Source: Candidatus Babelota bacterium (lineage in GTDB: Bacteria; Babelota; Babeliae; Babelales; Vermiphilaceae). Taken from it: a DNA stretch of 64,000 nt. Shown here piece after piece: positions 1 through 9,429 of this stretch. The first letter of the stretch is position 1. Each line of letters starts with the position of its first letter. The notes below the pieces were generated by a model. That model had not been told where the DNA came from. It did no database searches and worked only from the letters and a program-made list of their open reading frames with translations. A program made the position numbers and the translations under genes. The stretch spans positions 27,137 through 91,136 of the forward strand of contig JBMOLF010000009.1 of NCBI GenBank assembly GCA_049325595.1, written 5' to 3'.

Positions 1-1
1 A

Positions 2-2584
2 CAAGAAAACTTCAGCTATACTTTGATTAGTTTCAAACGCTGATACGAGTGAATGTACTATTGCATGCTTAGCTTCTTCAAATTCTTCTGGTGTAATAAT
101 TTCAAGAGCAGTTCTAATAGTATTTTTAATCGCCTTTTCTGCTTCAGGTAAACGATCTAAAGAAACAATAGTCTTTATTAATACCATTCCTGGTTCCTCA
201 TTAGATTGGGACACTAATGATCCGCCAATCGTATAAAATAAGCCCGATTGTTCACGTAGCCTAAATAATAACGAATGCATCGATCCTAATGCGCCGCCGC
301 TAAACATTTGATCAAAAAGCAAAAGCTTATCATAATCAGGATGTTTGCGATTTACCGAAAGTCCAACAAATGCAAGCACCACTTGGTCTCTGTTTATTGG
401 GTAACATACTTCAGTAGGCTTTTGTTTTTGAATAACAGGAAATTCAATTTGTTTTACCGGATTGCCTTTCCAATTACCAAATTCTTTTTCAATAATTTTA
501 GAAACATCATAATTTAGTAAATCACCTACTATAGCAATTTTTGCCCCATCTGGTGAAATAAATTGCTTGTATGCATCAACAATTTCTTTTTTACTGATTT
601 TTTTGAGTGACTCTTCGGTGCCCAATGCATTTTTACTATAAGGATGCCCCTTGTAAATACATTGTGAAATCAAATGACTAGCAAATGCTTTTGGCTCATC
701 CCAGAAATTTTTTAAATTAACTAACAACTGTTCACGAATTTTTTCTATACTTTTTTCATCAAAACGTGGATGAAATAAAATTTCTTTAAGTAACTCAAGC
801 CCTTTTTCAAAATCAGAACTCAATAGAGAAAAAGTTACTCTGCCTGGCGTTGCATTAAAAGACATACCACGTTGTTCTAATTCTTGTGCAAGCTGAGCAG
901 CAGTATATTTTTCTGTTCCTTCAGCCAAAAGACGTGTCATAAAAGTGCTAAGACCCTCAAGACCTTCTGGGTCATAAAATGACTTAGCTTTAAAATCAAT
1001 AATAATATCAATTTTAGGCGTTATTTTGTTGTCATAATAAAAGAGTTTTATACCGTTTGAAAGAATCTTTTGCTGCGCACGAGGAAAATGAAATGGTTTT
1101 CCATCTTTTATTTTTAATGTCTTTGCAAACTGCGGTTCTTCAATCGGAGTTGTGCGTACATGTGTATCTAAAATTTTTTGGTCATCAAGATCCGATTCGT
1201 GTTGAATTTTGACAAGCTCTTTTTTATCGCTCTCAGAAGCAGGTAACAATAACGCTTTATGCATCACCGATGGTCGCAAATAGGTTGCAAGAAGCTCTTG
1301 CACTTGTTTTTCAAGCCCTGGTGTTGGTTCTTGTAGATATTTAAATATATGGTTTTCATCGCCCGTTGCCAAATATGATTTACCGATTTCATAGGCTTGA
1401 GATTCAATATCTTCAAGAGTAGAATAATAATCCATTTGTGCTTTTTTGACCGCTCGTATTAATTCTTCTTTTGATAAGCCATTGTTCACAATATCAGCAA
1501 TTTCTTTATTAATTTGAGCAATTATGTGATCCAAATTCTCCATATTTTTTGGTTCAAAGGCTACAAAAAATAATCCATGATCAAACAGCATAAATGAAAA
1601 TGCTTCTAAAGAAGTAACCAATTGCAACTCATCAACCAACTTCTTTTGCAAGCGCGAACCTTTACCAGTTCCTAATATCCAAGATGCAATATCAACAATT
1701 TGGTCAACTTTTTGAGTTCTTCCCGGGATAAGCCAGCTTACTATTGCTACTGGTTGCTTTACATCGCGGTATAATGCAACTTGTTTTGCAACCACATCGT
1801 TATGAAAATAAAATTTTTCTTTTTTATAACTTAAATTTGGCTTGATCGCTCCAAAGCTTTTTTCAGCTTCTGCAAAAACTTCTTCTGGATCAACATCCCC
1901 CACAACTACTAAAGTAGCATTATTAGGAATATAATGTTTTAAATAAAATTTGCGTAGATCTTGGGCATGGGCTTCCCAAAGATCTTGTTTAAATCCAATT
2001 ATTGGATAATGGTATGGATGCTCAGCAAATATAGCAGGCAAAAGATAATCCATTATCAATGAGCGCTGATAGTTATCTCTATACATTTTAAGCTCTTGTA
2101 TCACCGCTTTCATTTCAGAGCTTAAATGATCTTCCTTAAACGATGCATTCTGCATAACATCAGCCATAAGTGGCAATACTTGGTGCCAATGATGGGAAGG
2201 AGTTATCCAATAAAACGCGGTGAAATCATGCGACGTCATTGCATTTATTCGAGCTGAAAGTTTATGGGCAATAACATTTTGATCAGACTCTGAAAGCTTT
2301 TTTGTTCCTTTGAAAATCATATGCTCAATTAAATGCGCAATCCCCTTTTCACCTGTTTTTTCATCTTTAGAACCAACAAAGTACCACATTTCCATAATAA
2401 CTTTTGGTAGCGTTTTTACGCTGCGCACGAGCACAGTGAGTCCATTTGATAAAACTTTTTTATAAACATGAGTTTCAGAAGCTTGGTTTGTATTCATTGT
2501 TTCCTTTTGAGGCGGTAGATCGCAGACAGCATGTATATTACCAAATATCATTAATAAGCCTGCTAATAATTTTTTTTGCATCAT
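2..2584 (-). CDS. M16 (pitrilysin/insulinase, PqqL-like) zinc peptidase with two fused modules; 3' end runs off the window
   Basis: Missing from the ORF track because it is truncated. Hand translation from ATG 2584 gives MMQKKLLAGLLMIFGNIHA (signal-like), then VLSNGLTVL...VGSKDEKTGEKGIAHLIEHMIFKGT (HxxEH). A second module reads ILSNGIKL...GLSTFMTRLLAEGT. Confidence 0.9.
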   Translation of the reverse strand, partial: MMQKKLLAGLLMIFGNIHAVCDLPPQKETMNTNQASETHVYKKVLSNGLTVLVRSVKTLPKVIMEMWYFVGSKDEKTGEKGIAHLIEHMIFKGTKKLSESDQNVIAHKLSARINAMTSHDFTAFYWITPSHHWHQVLPLMADVMQNASFKEDHLSSEMKAVIQELKMYRDNYQRSLIMDYLLPAIFAEHPYHYPIIGFKQDLWEAHAQDLRKFYLKHYIPNNATLVVVGDVDPEEVFAEAEKSFGAIKPNLSYKKEKFYFHNDVVAKQVALYRDVKQPVAIVSWLIPGRTQKVDQIVDIASWILGTGKGSRLQKKLVDELQLVTSLEAFSFMLFDHGLFFVAFEPKNMENLDHIIAQINKEIADIVNNGLSKEELIRAVKKAQMDYYSTLEDIESQAYEIGKSYLATGDENHIFKYLQEPTPGLEKQVQELLATYLRPSVMHKALLLPASESDKKELVKIQHESDLDDQKILDTHVRTTPIEEPQFAKTLKIKDGKPFHFPRAQQKILSNGIKLFYYDNKITPKIDIIIDFKAKSFYDPEGLEGLSTFMTRLLAEGTEKYTAAQLAQELEQRGMSFNATPGRVTFSLLSSDFEKGLELLKEILFHPRFDEKSIEKIREQLLVNLKNFWDEPKAFASHLISQCIYKGHPYSKNALGTEESLKKISKKEIVDAYKQFISPDGAKIAIVGDLLNYDVSKIIEKEFGNWKGNPVKQIEFPVIQKQKPTEVCYPINRDQVVLAFVGLSVNRKHPDYDKLLLFDQMFSGGALGSMHSLLFRLREQSGLFYTIGGSLVSQSNEEPGMVLIKTIVSLDRLPEAEKAIKNTIRTALEIITPEEFEEAKHAIVHSLVSAFETNQSIAEVFL

Positions 2585-2619
2585 TAATTCCTTTTTTCAT
2601 ACAGAATATAATCATTATT

Positions 2620-2976
2620 TCATTGATTATATTTAAGTGATTTTCCCTTAAACTGATCTATGGGATATTTCTTTCTGTTTATTTCTATTTTTCTTGCAAA
2701 GGCTTTAGCCAAGTTTATATCACAGGTATTGCATAATGCAAGCAATGCAAATAATATATCAGCAGCCTCATTTTCAATGTTTTCTCTTTTTTTCTCCAGC
2801 GTTGCAGCAACTGCTTCACTTGATTCCCATAATAACTCTTCCATTAACTCTGAAGATTCAATTGCAATGGCCATCGATAAATTTTTAGTATTATGGTATT
2901 GATTCCATTCTCGCTCATCAACAAATTCCTTTACCATTTCTTTTAACTCTAAGATTGTTGTTTTTTGATCGGTCAT
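2620..2976 (-). CDS. MazG-like nucleotide pyrophosphohydrolase (dCTP pyrophosphatase type)
   Basis: EFVDEREWNQYHNTKNLSMAIAIESSELME...ENEAADIL...KIEINRKKYP. Start moved to ATG 2976 (AGGA upstream). Confidence 0.88.
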   Translation of the reverse strand: MTDQKTTILELKEMVKEFVDEREWNQYHNTKNLSMAIAIESSELMEELLWESSEAVAATLEKKRENIENEAADILFALLALCNTCDINLAKAFARKIEINRKKYPIDQFKGKSLKYNQ

Positions 2977-3049
2977 TACTATTTTCCTATTTGTTGATAT
3001 ATTAAAAAACAATAGACACAAAATATTCTTATAAGCAATAGCGTACTAC

Positions 3050-4168
3050 ATGAGCTGGTCATTTTTTAAATCTATTTTTTATTCATTTATTCTTATCGAT
3101 TTTCATGGGCTTACTTTTTGCACCTTTTCTTTTATCATGGGCATTGCTACGCAATTTTTCGGATATAACCACCTAATAATAAGCGCTTTTTTAATAAGTA
3201 TATTTTTTTTATTACATAACAAAATCAATTGTATTCTTTTGTTAAGTTTTATTTCATTTATCTGTGGTGCACACATTTTACAAATGCATACAAATTATCA
3301 TAATGCATTATCTGAATTCTATGGCAAAAAGATATCACTGCAAGGACATATAACCAATATCGAGACTACAAAAAACAATTATTTTCCAACAAAAATTACC
3401 TTAAAAATTCATACCATTTTTTATAACAACAAAAACCACAAAAAATCACATACCTTGTATCTTTATGTTTCAGCGAATGAAGGTAATGATGTAGGCGACG
3501 AAATCAAGGTAAAAAACATTGTGTTAACACCGCAATCTAAAAACTCATATGAACAATATTTGCACAAAGAAGGAATTAGCAAAAGCATTTTTGCGCAACA
3601 CAATTCAATTAAATTAATTAAACCCCCAGTCTATTCATTAAACAGATATATTCATCAATTGCGAAATCAATTGTTATTTAAAATTTCTCAATTGATAGGT
3701 CCTGAGTCCCAGGGAATAGTAAATACACTTTTTTTAGGCAATAGAAATAGCGAAACAGATACTATTAAAAACTCATTTAAATATTGGGGAATTTCTCATT
3801 ATCTTGCACGTTCAGGATTGCATCTGATCATGCTTATTATAGTGTGGCAATTTTTGCTTTCATTTTTACCTTTACCGTTTTTTCTAAAAGAAATCATAAT
3901 AACAATTCTTGTTTTGATATATAGCATTTTTAGTTGGGCAAGCATTTCATTTAATCGCGCTCTTTGTATGTTTGTTTTAATTAAAACTTCTTTCTTTTTA
4001 AAGCGGCCGGTACACTACATGCATCTTATTTGTTTAACAGCACTCGTTATCTTAATACATAATCCCTTTCAACTCTTTTTTTTAGATTTTCAACTAAGCT
4101 TTGGGCTTACTTTTGCTATTGCCTGGTTTAACCATCTTCTATTTTTAAAAGAACAACAAATAACATAA
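3050..4168 (+). CDS. comEC: ComEC/Rec2 family competence membrane protein (OB + competence domain, no beta-lactamase domain)
   Basis: Multi-TM protein with FKYWGISHYLARSGLHL, SFNRA, NPFQLFFLDFQLSF motifs. Confidence 0.82.
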   Translation: MSWSFFKSIFYSFILIDFHGLTFCTFSFIMGIATQFFGYNHLIISAFLISIFFLLHNKINCILLLSFISFICGAHILQMHTNYHNALSEFYGKKISLQGHITNIETTKNNYFPTKITLKIHTIFYNNKNHKKSHTLYLYVSANEGNDVGDEIKVKNIVLTPQSKNSYEQYLHKEGISKSIFAQHNSIKLIKPPVYSLNRYIHQLRNQLLFKISQLIGPESQGIVNTLFLGNRNSETDTIKNSFKYWGISHYLARSGLHLIMLIIVWQFLLSFLPLPFFLKEIIITILVLIYSIFSWASISFNRALCMFVLIKTSFFLKRPVHYMHLICLTALVILIHNPFQLFFLDFQLSFGLTFAIAWFNHLLFLKEQQIT

Positions 4169-4230
4169 AAATATTGCAGGTTTATGATTCAAACCCCTAT
4201 GATGTACCTAGTAACAGAAAGGGAGTCGTC

Positions 4231-5574
4231 ATGGTTTTGCATCAAATTAATAAAAAAATAACAACTGGATTGTTTGTACTATTTGTTCTTACTAACAATC
4301 TTCATGCACATATGCATCAAATGGCAGACACTCTTGTATGTGTATTTATGGCAGGAATCAACAACTTAGCAGGATTTGCACCACGCAACATTAAACAAAT
4401 GGCTGCAATTGGGTCCAATGAAAATCTTCATATTGCCGTACACTTAGACATTAAACTTAATGGTAATAAAAAAGTTTCTCGCCGTTATTATATTGAGCCT
4501 AACAAAATAAATCATGTAAATGCTCATGATCCTGCAAGCCAACAAATGGATAGCGGCAACCCAGAAACAGCAATTACATTTTTTAATTGGTGTGTTGATA
4601 ATTGCCCTGCAAAACATTATGTTTTCATTTTTTGGAATCACGGATATGGTATTATTGACCCACAAAATGGGTATGCTATTGATACCTCAAAATTATTTCA
4701 TCTAAATCCAAGCATACATAAATTAGAACTTGATCGCAGTGTGGACTTTTTAGAATTAATAGAAAAGCCTCTTATTGATCCTAAAGGAATTTGCTGGGAT
4801 GATATAACAGGCAATTATCTCACCAATCAAAAATTAGAGTATGTTCTTGAAAAAATGACTGAAAAAATAGGTAGAAAATTAGACATTGTTGTGTTTGATG
4901 CCTGTTTAATGTCTATGATTGAAATTGCTGATATTTTAAAAAAATATGCTCATTACATGGTCGGGTCGCAAGAAGTTGTTCTCGGGCCTGGATATAATTA
5001 CAAAGAATTATTATCTCCTTATTTGCAAACAACACCACTAGACATGGAATCATTTGCAAAACATATTGTTACTTCATACAAAAAAACCTATAGCAATATT
5101 ACAAACGACTACACACAATCAGCTCTCTGTCTAGATGAGCTTTTTGCCCTTGAAAACAACATCAATCAAGTGTCAACTCTATTGCTTGAATGTCTTTCAC
5201 TGCAATACCAGCAAAGCGTAAAAAATGTGATCAATATATGCAAAAGCCCATCTTATTGCACCCATTTTGACCTTACCAGCTACATTGACTTGCAACATTT
5301 TTATAAAAACTTGTTAAACAACCTCAATCGAATGAATTTAAAAGATGAAAACAGAAAATATCAACTACTAAATGAACTGCAAACAAATCTGCAAACTGGA
5401 CTTGATATTATCAATCGTATAGTAATTGAAAATGTAGCGGGTCCAAATCTTTCACAAGCCTCTGGAATAGCAATTTATTTCCCTGATCGCAAAATTCACA
5501 CTTCATACAAAAAAACAAACTTTTCAAAAGAAAATGCATGGGGAACACTGCTAACCCGTTACATTTTGTCCTAA
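4231..5574 (+). CDS. Clostripain-family (C11) cysteine peptidase, probably exported
   Basis: FIFWNHGYG (His), DIVVFDACLMSMIE (Cys), YMVGSQE, GIAIYFP. ATG 4231 follows GGGAG; signal-like N-terminus. Confidence 0.88.
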   Translation: MVLHQINKKITTGLFVLFVLTNNLHAHMHQMADTLVCVFMAGINNLAGFAPRNIKQMAAIGSNENLHIAVHLDIKLNGNKKVSRRYYIEPNKINHVNAHDPASQQMDSGNPETAITFFNWCVDNCPAKHYVFIFWNHGYGIIDPQNGYAIDTSKLFHLNPSIHKLELDRSVDFLELIEKPLIDPKGICWDDITGNYLTNQKLEYVLEKMTEKIGRKLDIVVFDACLMSMIEIADILKKYAHYMVGSQEVVLGPGYNYKELLSPYLQTTPLDMESFAKHIVTSYKKTYSNITNDYTQSALCLDELFALENNINQVSTLLLECLSLQYQQSVKNVINICKSPSYCTHFDLTSYIDLQHFYKNLLNNLNRMNLKDENRKYQLLNELQTNLQTGLDIINRIVIENVAGPNLSQASGIAIYFPDRKIHTSYKKTNFSKENAWGTLLTRYILS

Positions 5575-5646
5575 CCCACATAGAGGTAGAGGTTCTATAA
5601 ATTTTTAACTATACTAATTACTTATTTAAAAACTATAGAGCCCTTT

Positions 5647-6240
5647 ATGACCCCACAAGAATTCAAGCAACAATTACTCAATAAACTTTATGAACCTTAT
5701 AAAAAATGTACCATGTGTCCACTTGGTTTAATGGGAAGAAAAAATGTTGTATTTGGACAAGGAAATCCAGATGCCGACTTAATGTTTATAGGAGAGGGGC
5801 CAGGACAGGAGGAAGATAATCAAGGGTTGCCATTTGTTGGGAGATCGGGGCAACTACTCAATAAAATTTTACAAGCAGTCAACATGTCCCGCGAAGAGGT
5901 TTTTATCACCAATATTGTAAAATGTCGTCCACCTAATAATAGAAAACCTATGCCCCAGGAAAGCGAGACCTGCAAAAACTTGCTCCTCATTAACCAAATT
6001 AAAATTATTAGGCCTACCATTATTTGCACACTTGGATCGGCCGCAATTCAAGGCCTTCTTAATGACTATGACATTAAAATAAGCAAAATTCGTGGAAGTT
6101 TCTTAAGTTATCAAGAAATTCCTGTTTTGCCCACGTATCACCCTGCTTATATTTTGCGAAACCCTAAGGAACTAGATACCCTCTATACCGATATTGAACA
6201 TGCAGTAAAATATGCAACAACCTGTACCAAAAAAAGCTAA
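5647..6240 (+). CDS. Uracil-DNA glycosylase family 4 (Fe-S)
   Basis: CTMC, GEGPG, PFVGRSG, KCRPPNNR, YHPAY motifs. Confidence 0.93.
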   Translation: MTPQEFKQQLLNKLYEPYKKCTMCPLGLMGRKNVVFGQGNPDADLMFIGEGPGQEEDNQGLPFVGRSGQLLNKILQAVNMSREEVFITNIVKCRPPNNRKPMPQESETCKNLLLINQIKIIRPTIICTLGSAAIQGLLNDYDIKISKIRGSFLSYQEIPVLPTYHPAYILRNPKELDTLYTDIEHAVKYATTCTKKS

Positions 6241-7745
6241 GGCTGTAATGGCGTATCTCGCTTTAAATCAAGACGATTTGATGCACCCTTTTCCATTGTT
6301 TCAATAAAATATAAAAGCAGCTTTAATTCATAGCTCGGTTCTTTAATCGACTCATATAACTCGAGCTCTTTGCTTACCAATCGCTCGCTAAATTCTGTAT
6401 ATAAATAATATTTTGTTGCTTGAGAATCAATTACCACATATTGGGTAGTGTTGCCACTTTTTATTATAGATAAACTATAATAATGACCTATTCCTTTACC
6501 CATTTGTGTTTTTTCTTCATTGCCTACCACAAGCGTGTAAAAAAATTGATCTTTTTTTAATCCATCTTGTATAATCTGCTTAGTTTTTTCTACAACTTGT
6601 TGCATAGAGGGTTCAGCCAACTGATAATACTCATCATTTACCAATAACAATGTGGGTAAAAATGCTATCTTGTCTTTAATCGGACCAAATGCTTTTGCTT
6701 GGAAAAATTTTTCTATTTCTTCTATAGAAGCCCATTTAATACAACCATAGACATTTATAAAACTGGCCGCCTCTGTAGAACTTGGCACCGATTTAAGAAA
6801 ATTAACATCACCCGAACTGACAAAATCAAACATTTGTAAAGAATTACGCAATGCAAGTGTTGGACAAGCGCCAACAGTCTCTGAAACTTCATCTTGATTT
6901 ATCGTTTTAAGTTGTATTAATTGAACAGCCCTATTGGATATGCCAAGCTCAGCAGATATATCAATCCAACAAGGAAGCTTTTGTATTTGTAGCTTAGTTT
7001 TTTCTAATGCAGCTTGTTCGCCCTCAATGCCTTGCTCTTTTATTTTTTGGCTAATCTCAACAATTTGCCAATCTGGTTGAGGAATTTTTACTACTTTTGA
7101 ATAATGAACAGGCAACACACTTTCAACTGTTTGGCCATTGATTTTTATCGTTTCAATGCGAGGATATAAGGGACAAAGCCCAAGCTCTTGTAAATTATTT
7201 ACTGGAACAAGAGAAGCAACTTCACTTCCAACTCCCCTTTTTTCACCTAAGGAATCAAGCGTTGCCAAAACCAATCCCTCTAAATCAACAAAGCCTTCGG
7301 GCTTATTTGTTGCAATTCTATAGGTAATAATACTGCTCAAGAGGCTATTCAAAAAATCGACATTCAAAGGCAAAGCTTCTTCACTTGTTGCATAACCAAC
7401 TAGCTCTTCCTCTAAATCTTTAATATCTGAAAGTCGGTGTTTTGACTGAACCTCAACTGCACGACGCGACAATTCATCATTAAGACTGCTAGCAAGAGCC
7501 GATTCCCAGGGATTTCTAAATTGCTTATTTTTTAGATAATTCAATACTAGCTTAACATCAGCCTCATCGGCCACTCGCGGATTAAATCTTCCGCCCCTTA
7601 ATTGGTTTGCCCACTCATCAACAATCGACTCTATACGAATTGACTCCTCAATGGGCTCCTCTTGCTCACGCTCCATACAAAATACAATACCAATTAACGC
7701 AACAGAAAAACCCATAAGGAATAGGAATTTTTTACAAAACCTCAT
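6237..7745 (-). CDS. Exported hypothetical protein with a putative papain-fold (Josephin-like) Cys-His-Asp domain
   Basis: Signal peptide MRFCKKFLFLMGFSVALIGIVFC; motifs NQ...GACPTLALRNSLQ, GHYYSL, YVVIDS. The function is inferred. Confidence 0.5.
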   Translation of the reverse strand: MRFCKKFLFLMGFSVALIGIVFCMEREQEEPIEESIRIESIVDEWANQLRGGRFNPRVADEADVKLVLNYLKNKQFRNPWESALASSLNDELSRRAVEVQSKHRLSDIKDLEEELVGYATSEEALPLNVDFLNSLLSSIITYRIATNKPEGFVDLEGLVLATLDSLGEKRGVGSEVASLVPVNNLQELGLCPLYPRIETIKINGQTVESVLPVHYSKVVKIPQPDWQIVEISQKIKEQGIEGEQAALEKTKLQIQKLPCWIDISAELGISNRAVQLIQLKTINQDEVSETVGACPTLALRNSLQMFDFVSSGDVNFLKSVPSSTEAASFINVYGCIKWASIEEIEKFFQAKAFGPIKDKIAFLPTLLLVNDEYYQLAEPSMQQVVEKTKQIIQDGLKKDQFFYTLVVGNEEKTQMGKGIGHYYSLSIIKSGNTTQYVVIDSQATKYYLYTEFSERLVSKELELYESIKEPSYELKLLLYFIETMEKGASNRLDLKRDTPLQP

Positions 7746-7863
7746 ACCCTTTTCCTTGTGAAAAATTACAAATATCAATTTTAAAATAACAAATCGCCAA
7801 TATCTTATTCAATAAAAAAATTAAATACTGCTTTGTTTATAAAAAAATGGCCAAAGATAGGCG

Positions 7864-7907
7864 GTGGTGGATAAGTGGTGGATAAGTGGTGGATAAGTGG
7901 TGGATAA
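7864..7907. repeat. 4 x 11-bp perfect tandem repeat GTGGTGGATAA (each contains a reverse DnaA-type box TTATCCACC)
   Basis: Copies start at 7864, 7875, 7886 and 7897. Confidence 0.95.
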
Positions 7908-8170
7908 CTTTACCCCCTATCCCCCTTTTTATTCTCTACCAAGACAATCCGAGGGTAGGCGCGTTGCATTGAGCGTCCAAATCAATGTTTTCGACTTTCT
8001 AGAAAAACTTATCCACAAGTTGTCCACCAACAATCCACCACTTATCCACCAAGAACACATTTAAAAAAAAGCCTTTATTAATCGATATTTTTTTATTATT
8101 TCCTTAAGTTATCCACCAAAATTGATGTTGCTTATTATAATTATATATATAACTATATTTATATAGGATT
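7864..8170. other. oriC: Probable chromosomal replication origin (oriC)
   Basis: Nine DnaA-type boxes (perfect TTATCCACA at 8009-8017), AT-rich tract at about 8132-8165, IHF-like site at 7980-7992, apparent GC-skew switch. Confidence 0.82.
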
Positions 8171-8301
8171 ATTGTTTGGCCTAAAAAAGGTTGCGGTTCT
8201 ATGTTGTTTTTTATAAACTATAACAGTGTGCTTCAAAAAGCTGCTCTTCTGTTTATTGTATCAATACACAAAAACAAAACCCAACTTAAGGAAATATACC
8301 A

Positions 8302-9372
8302 GTGAAACTTGCCGATGTTATAGACGAACTCGTTGAAGAGCGTGGTCTAGATAAAGAAATATTAAGCGATATAGTCTGCGAAGGTCTATTGGCCGCTTAT
8401 CAAAAAAGATACCCATATCTTACTCTCCGCGTAGCCTATGATAAAAAAACTGGAGAAATACAAATCGAGGTTGAGAAAGAAATTGTCTCAACAGTCGAAG
8501 ACGACGAATTTGAAATTAGTTTGCGCAAGGCACGGTCACTTGGCTTAAATCAAGAAGTTGGAGAAAAAGTCTATCTGCCCTTTGATGGAAAAATTGGCCG
8601 CATAGAAATTTTGCGTGCTAAACAAGTTATTGCAAGCAAAATAAGAACCATTGAGTCTGCTGCAGTTTATAATGAATTTAAAGAAAAAGAGGGCTCAATT
8701 GTATTGGGTACCATACACAAGTGTGAGCGTGATGGATATGTGGTTAAAATACAAGAAACGATGGCTTTCTTGCCAAAATCACTTACCATTCCTACCGACA
8801 AATGTGTTGTGGGTTATACCATTCGCGCATTGCTTAAAGAAGTTCTTCCAGAGCCTAGAAATGATAACCAGTTGATTCTTGATCGCGTATCAGAAAAGTT
8901 TTTGCAACGCCTATTTGAGTTGGAAATACCTGAAGTTTTTGAAAAATTAGTTGAAATTAAAAAAATCGTTCGCGCGCCTGGTTACAAGTCCAAGGTTGTG
9001 GTTATGTCTCACGACAAGAATATTGATCCTGTGGGAACTTGTGTTGGTGTTGGTGGCGCCCGAATTAAGCCTATATTAAAAGAATTAGGCGGTGAAAAAA
9101 TAGATATTGTTGCAGCGAGTGACTCTATTGAGCAATTAATAAAAGATGCATTAAAGCCTGCTGAAATAAATCGCGTGCAAATTATTGATGAGCAAAATGT
9201 AAATGTGTGGCTTGATGACGATCAACGTTCACTGGCAATTGGGAAAATGGGACAAAATATAAGCCTTGCTTCTCGATTGGTGGGTTTAAATATTCACCTT
9301 GTAAAAAATGAGACAAATAGGTCTATAGAAAATCGATACAACGATGAAATAGAAGGGCTTGATTTAGATTAA
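8302..9372 (+). CDS. nusA: Transcription factor NusA
   Basis: FELEIPEV, RAPGYKSKV, DPVGTCVGVGGARI, LAIGKMGQN; GTG start. Confidence 0.97.
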   Translation: MKLADVIDELVEERGLDKEILSDIVCEGLLAAYQKRYPYLTLRVAYDKKTGEIQIEVEKEIVSTVEDDEFEISLRKARSLGLNQEVGEKVYLPFDGKIGRIEILRAKQVIASKIRTIESAAVYNEFKEKEGSIVLGTIHKCERDGYVVKIQETMAFLPKSLTIPTDKCVVGYTIRALLKEVLPEPRNDNQLILDRVSEKFLQRLFELEIPEVFEKLVEIKKIVRAPGYKSKVVVMSHDKNIDPVGTCVGVGGARIKPILKELGGEKIDIVAASDSIEQLIKDALKPAEINRVQIIDEQNVNVWLDDDQRSLAIGKMGQNISLASRLVGLNIHLVKNETNRSIENRYNDEIEGLDLD

Positions 9373-9429
9373 ATTGCAATAAAGGTTGGGATTTTTGGTA
9401 GCAATAAAGCTTGCGGGTAAGAATACACG

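Noticed and set aside
308..2902. Short + strand ORFs (308-517, 2446-2640, 2660-2902)
   Set aside because: They are antisense shadows of the M16 peptidase and MazG genes.
7864..7907. Tandem repeat as a CRISPR array or simple VNTR
   Set aside because: There are no spacers or cas genes; the 11-bp unit carries a DnaA box and is mirrored by an opposed degenerate array.
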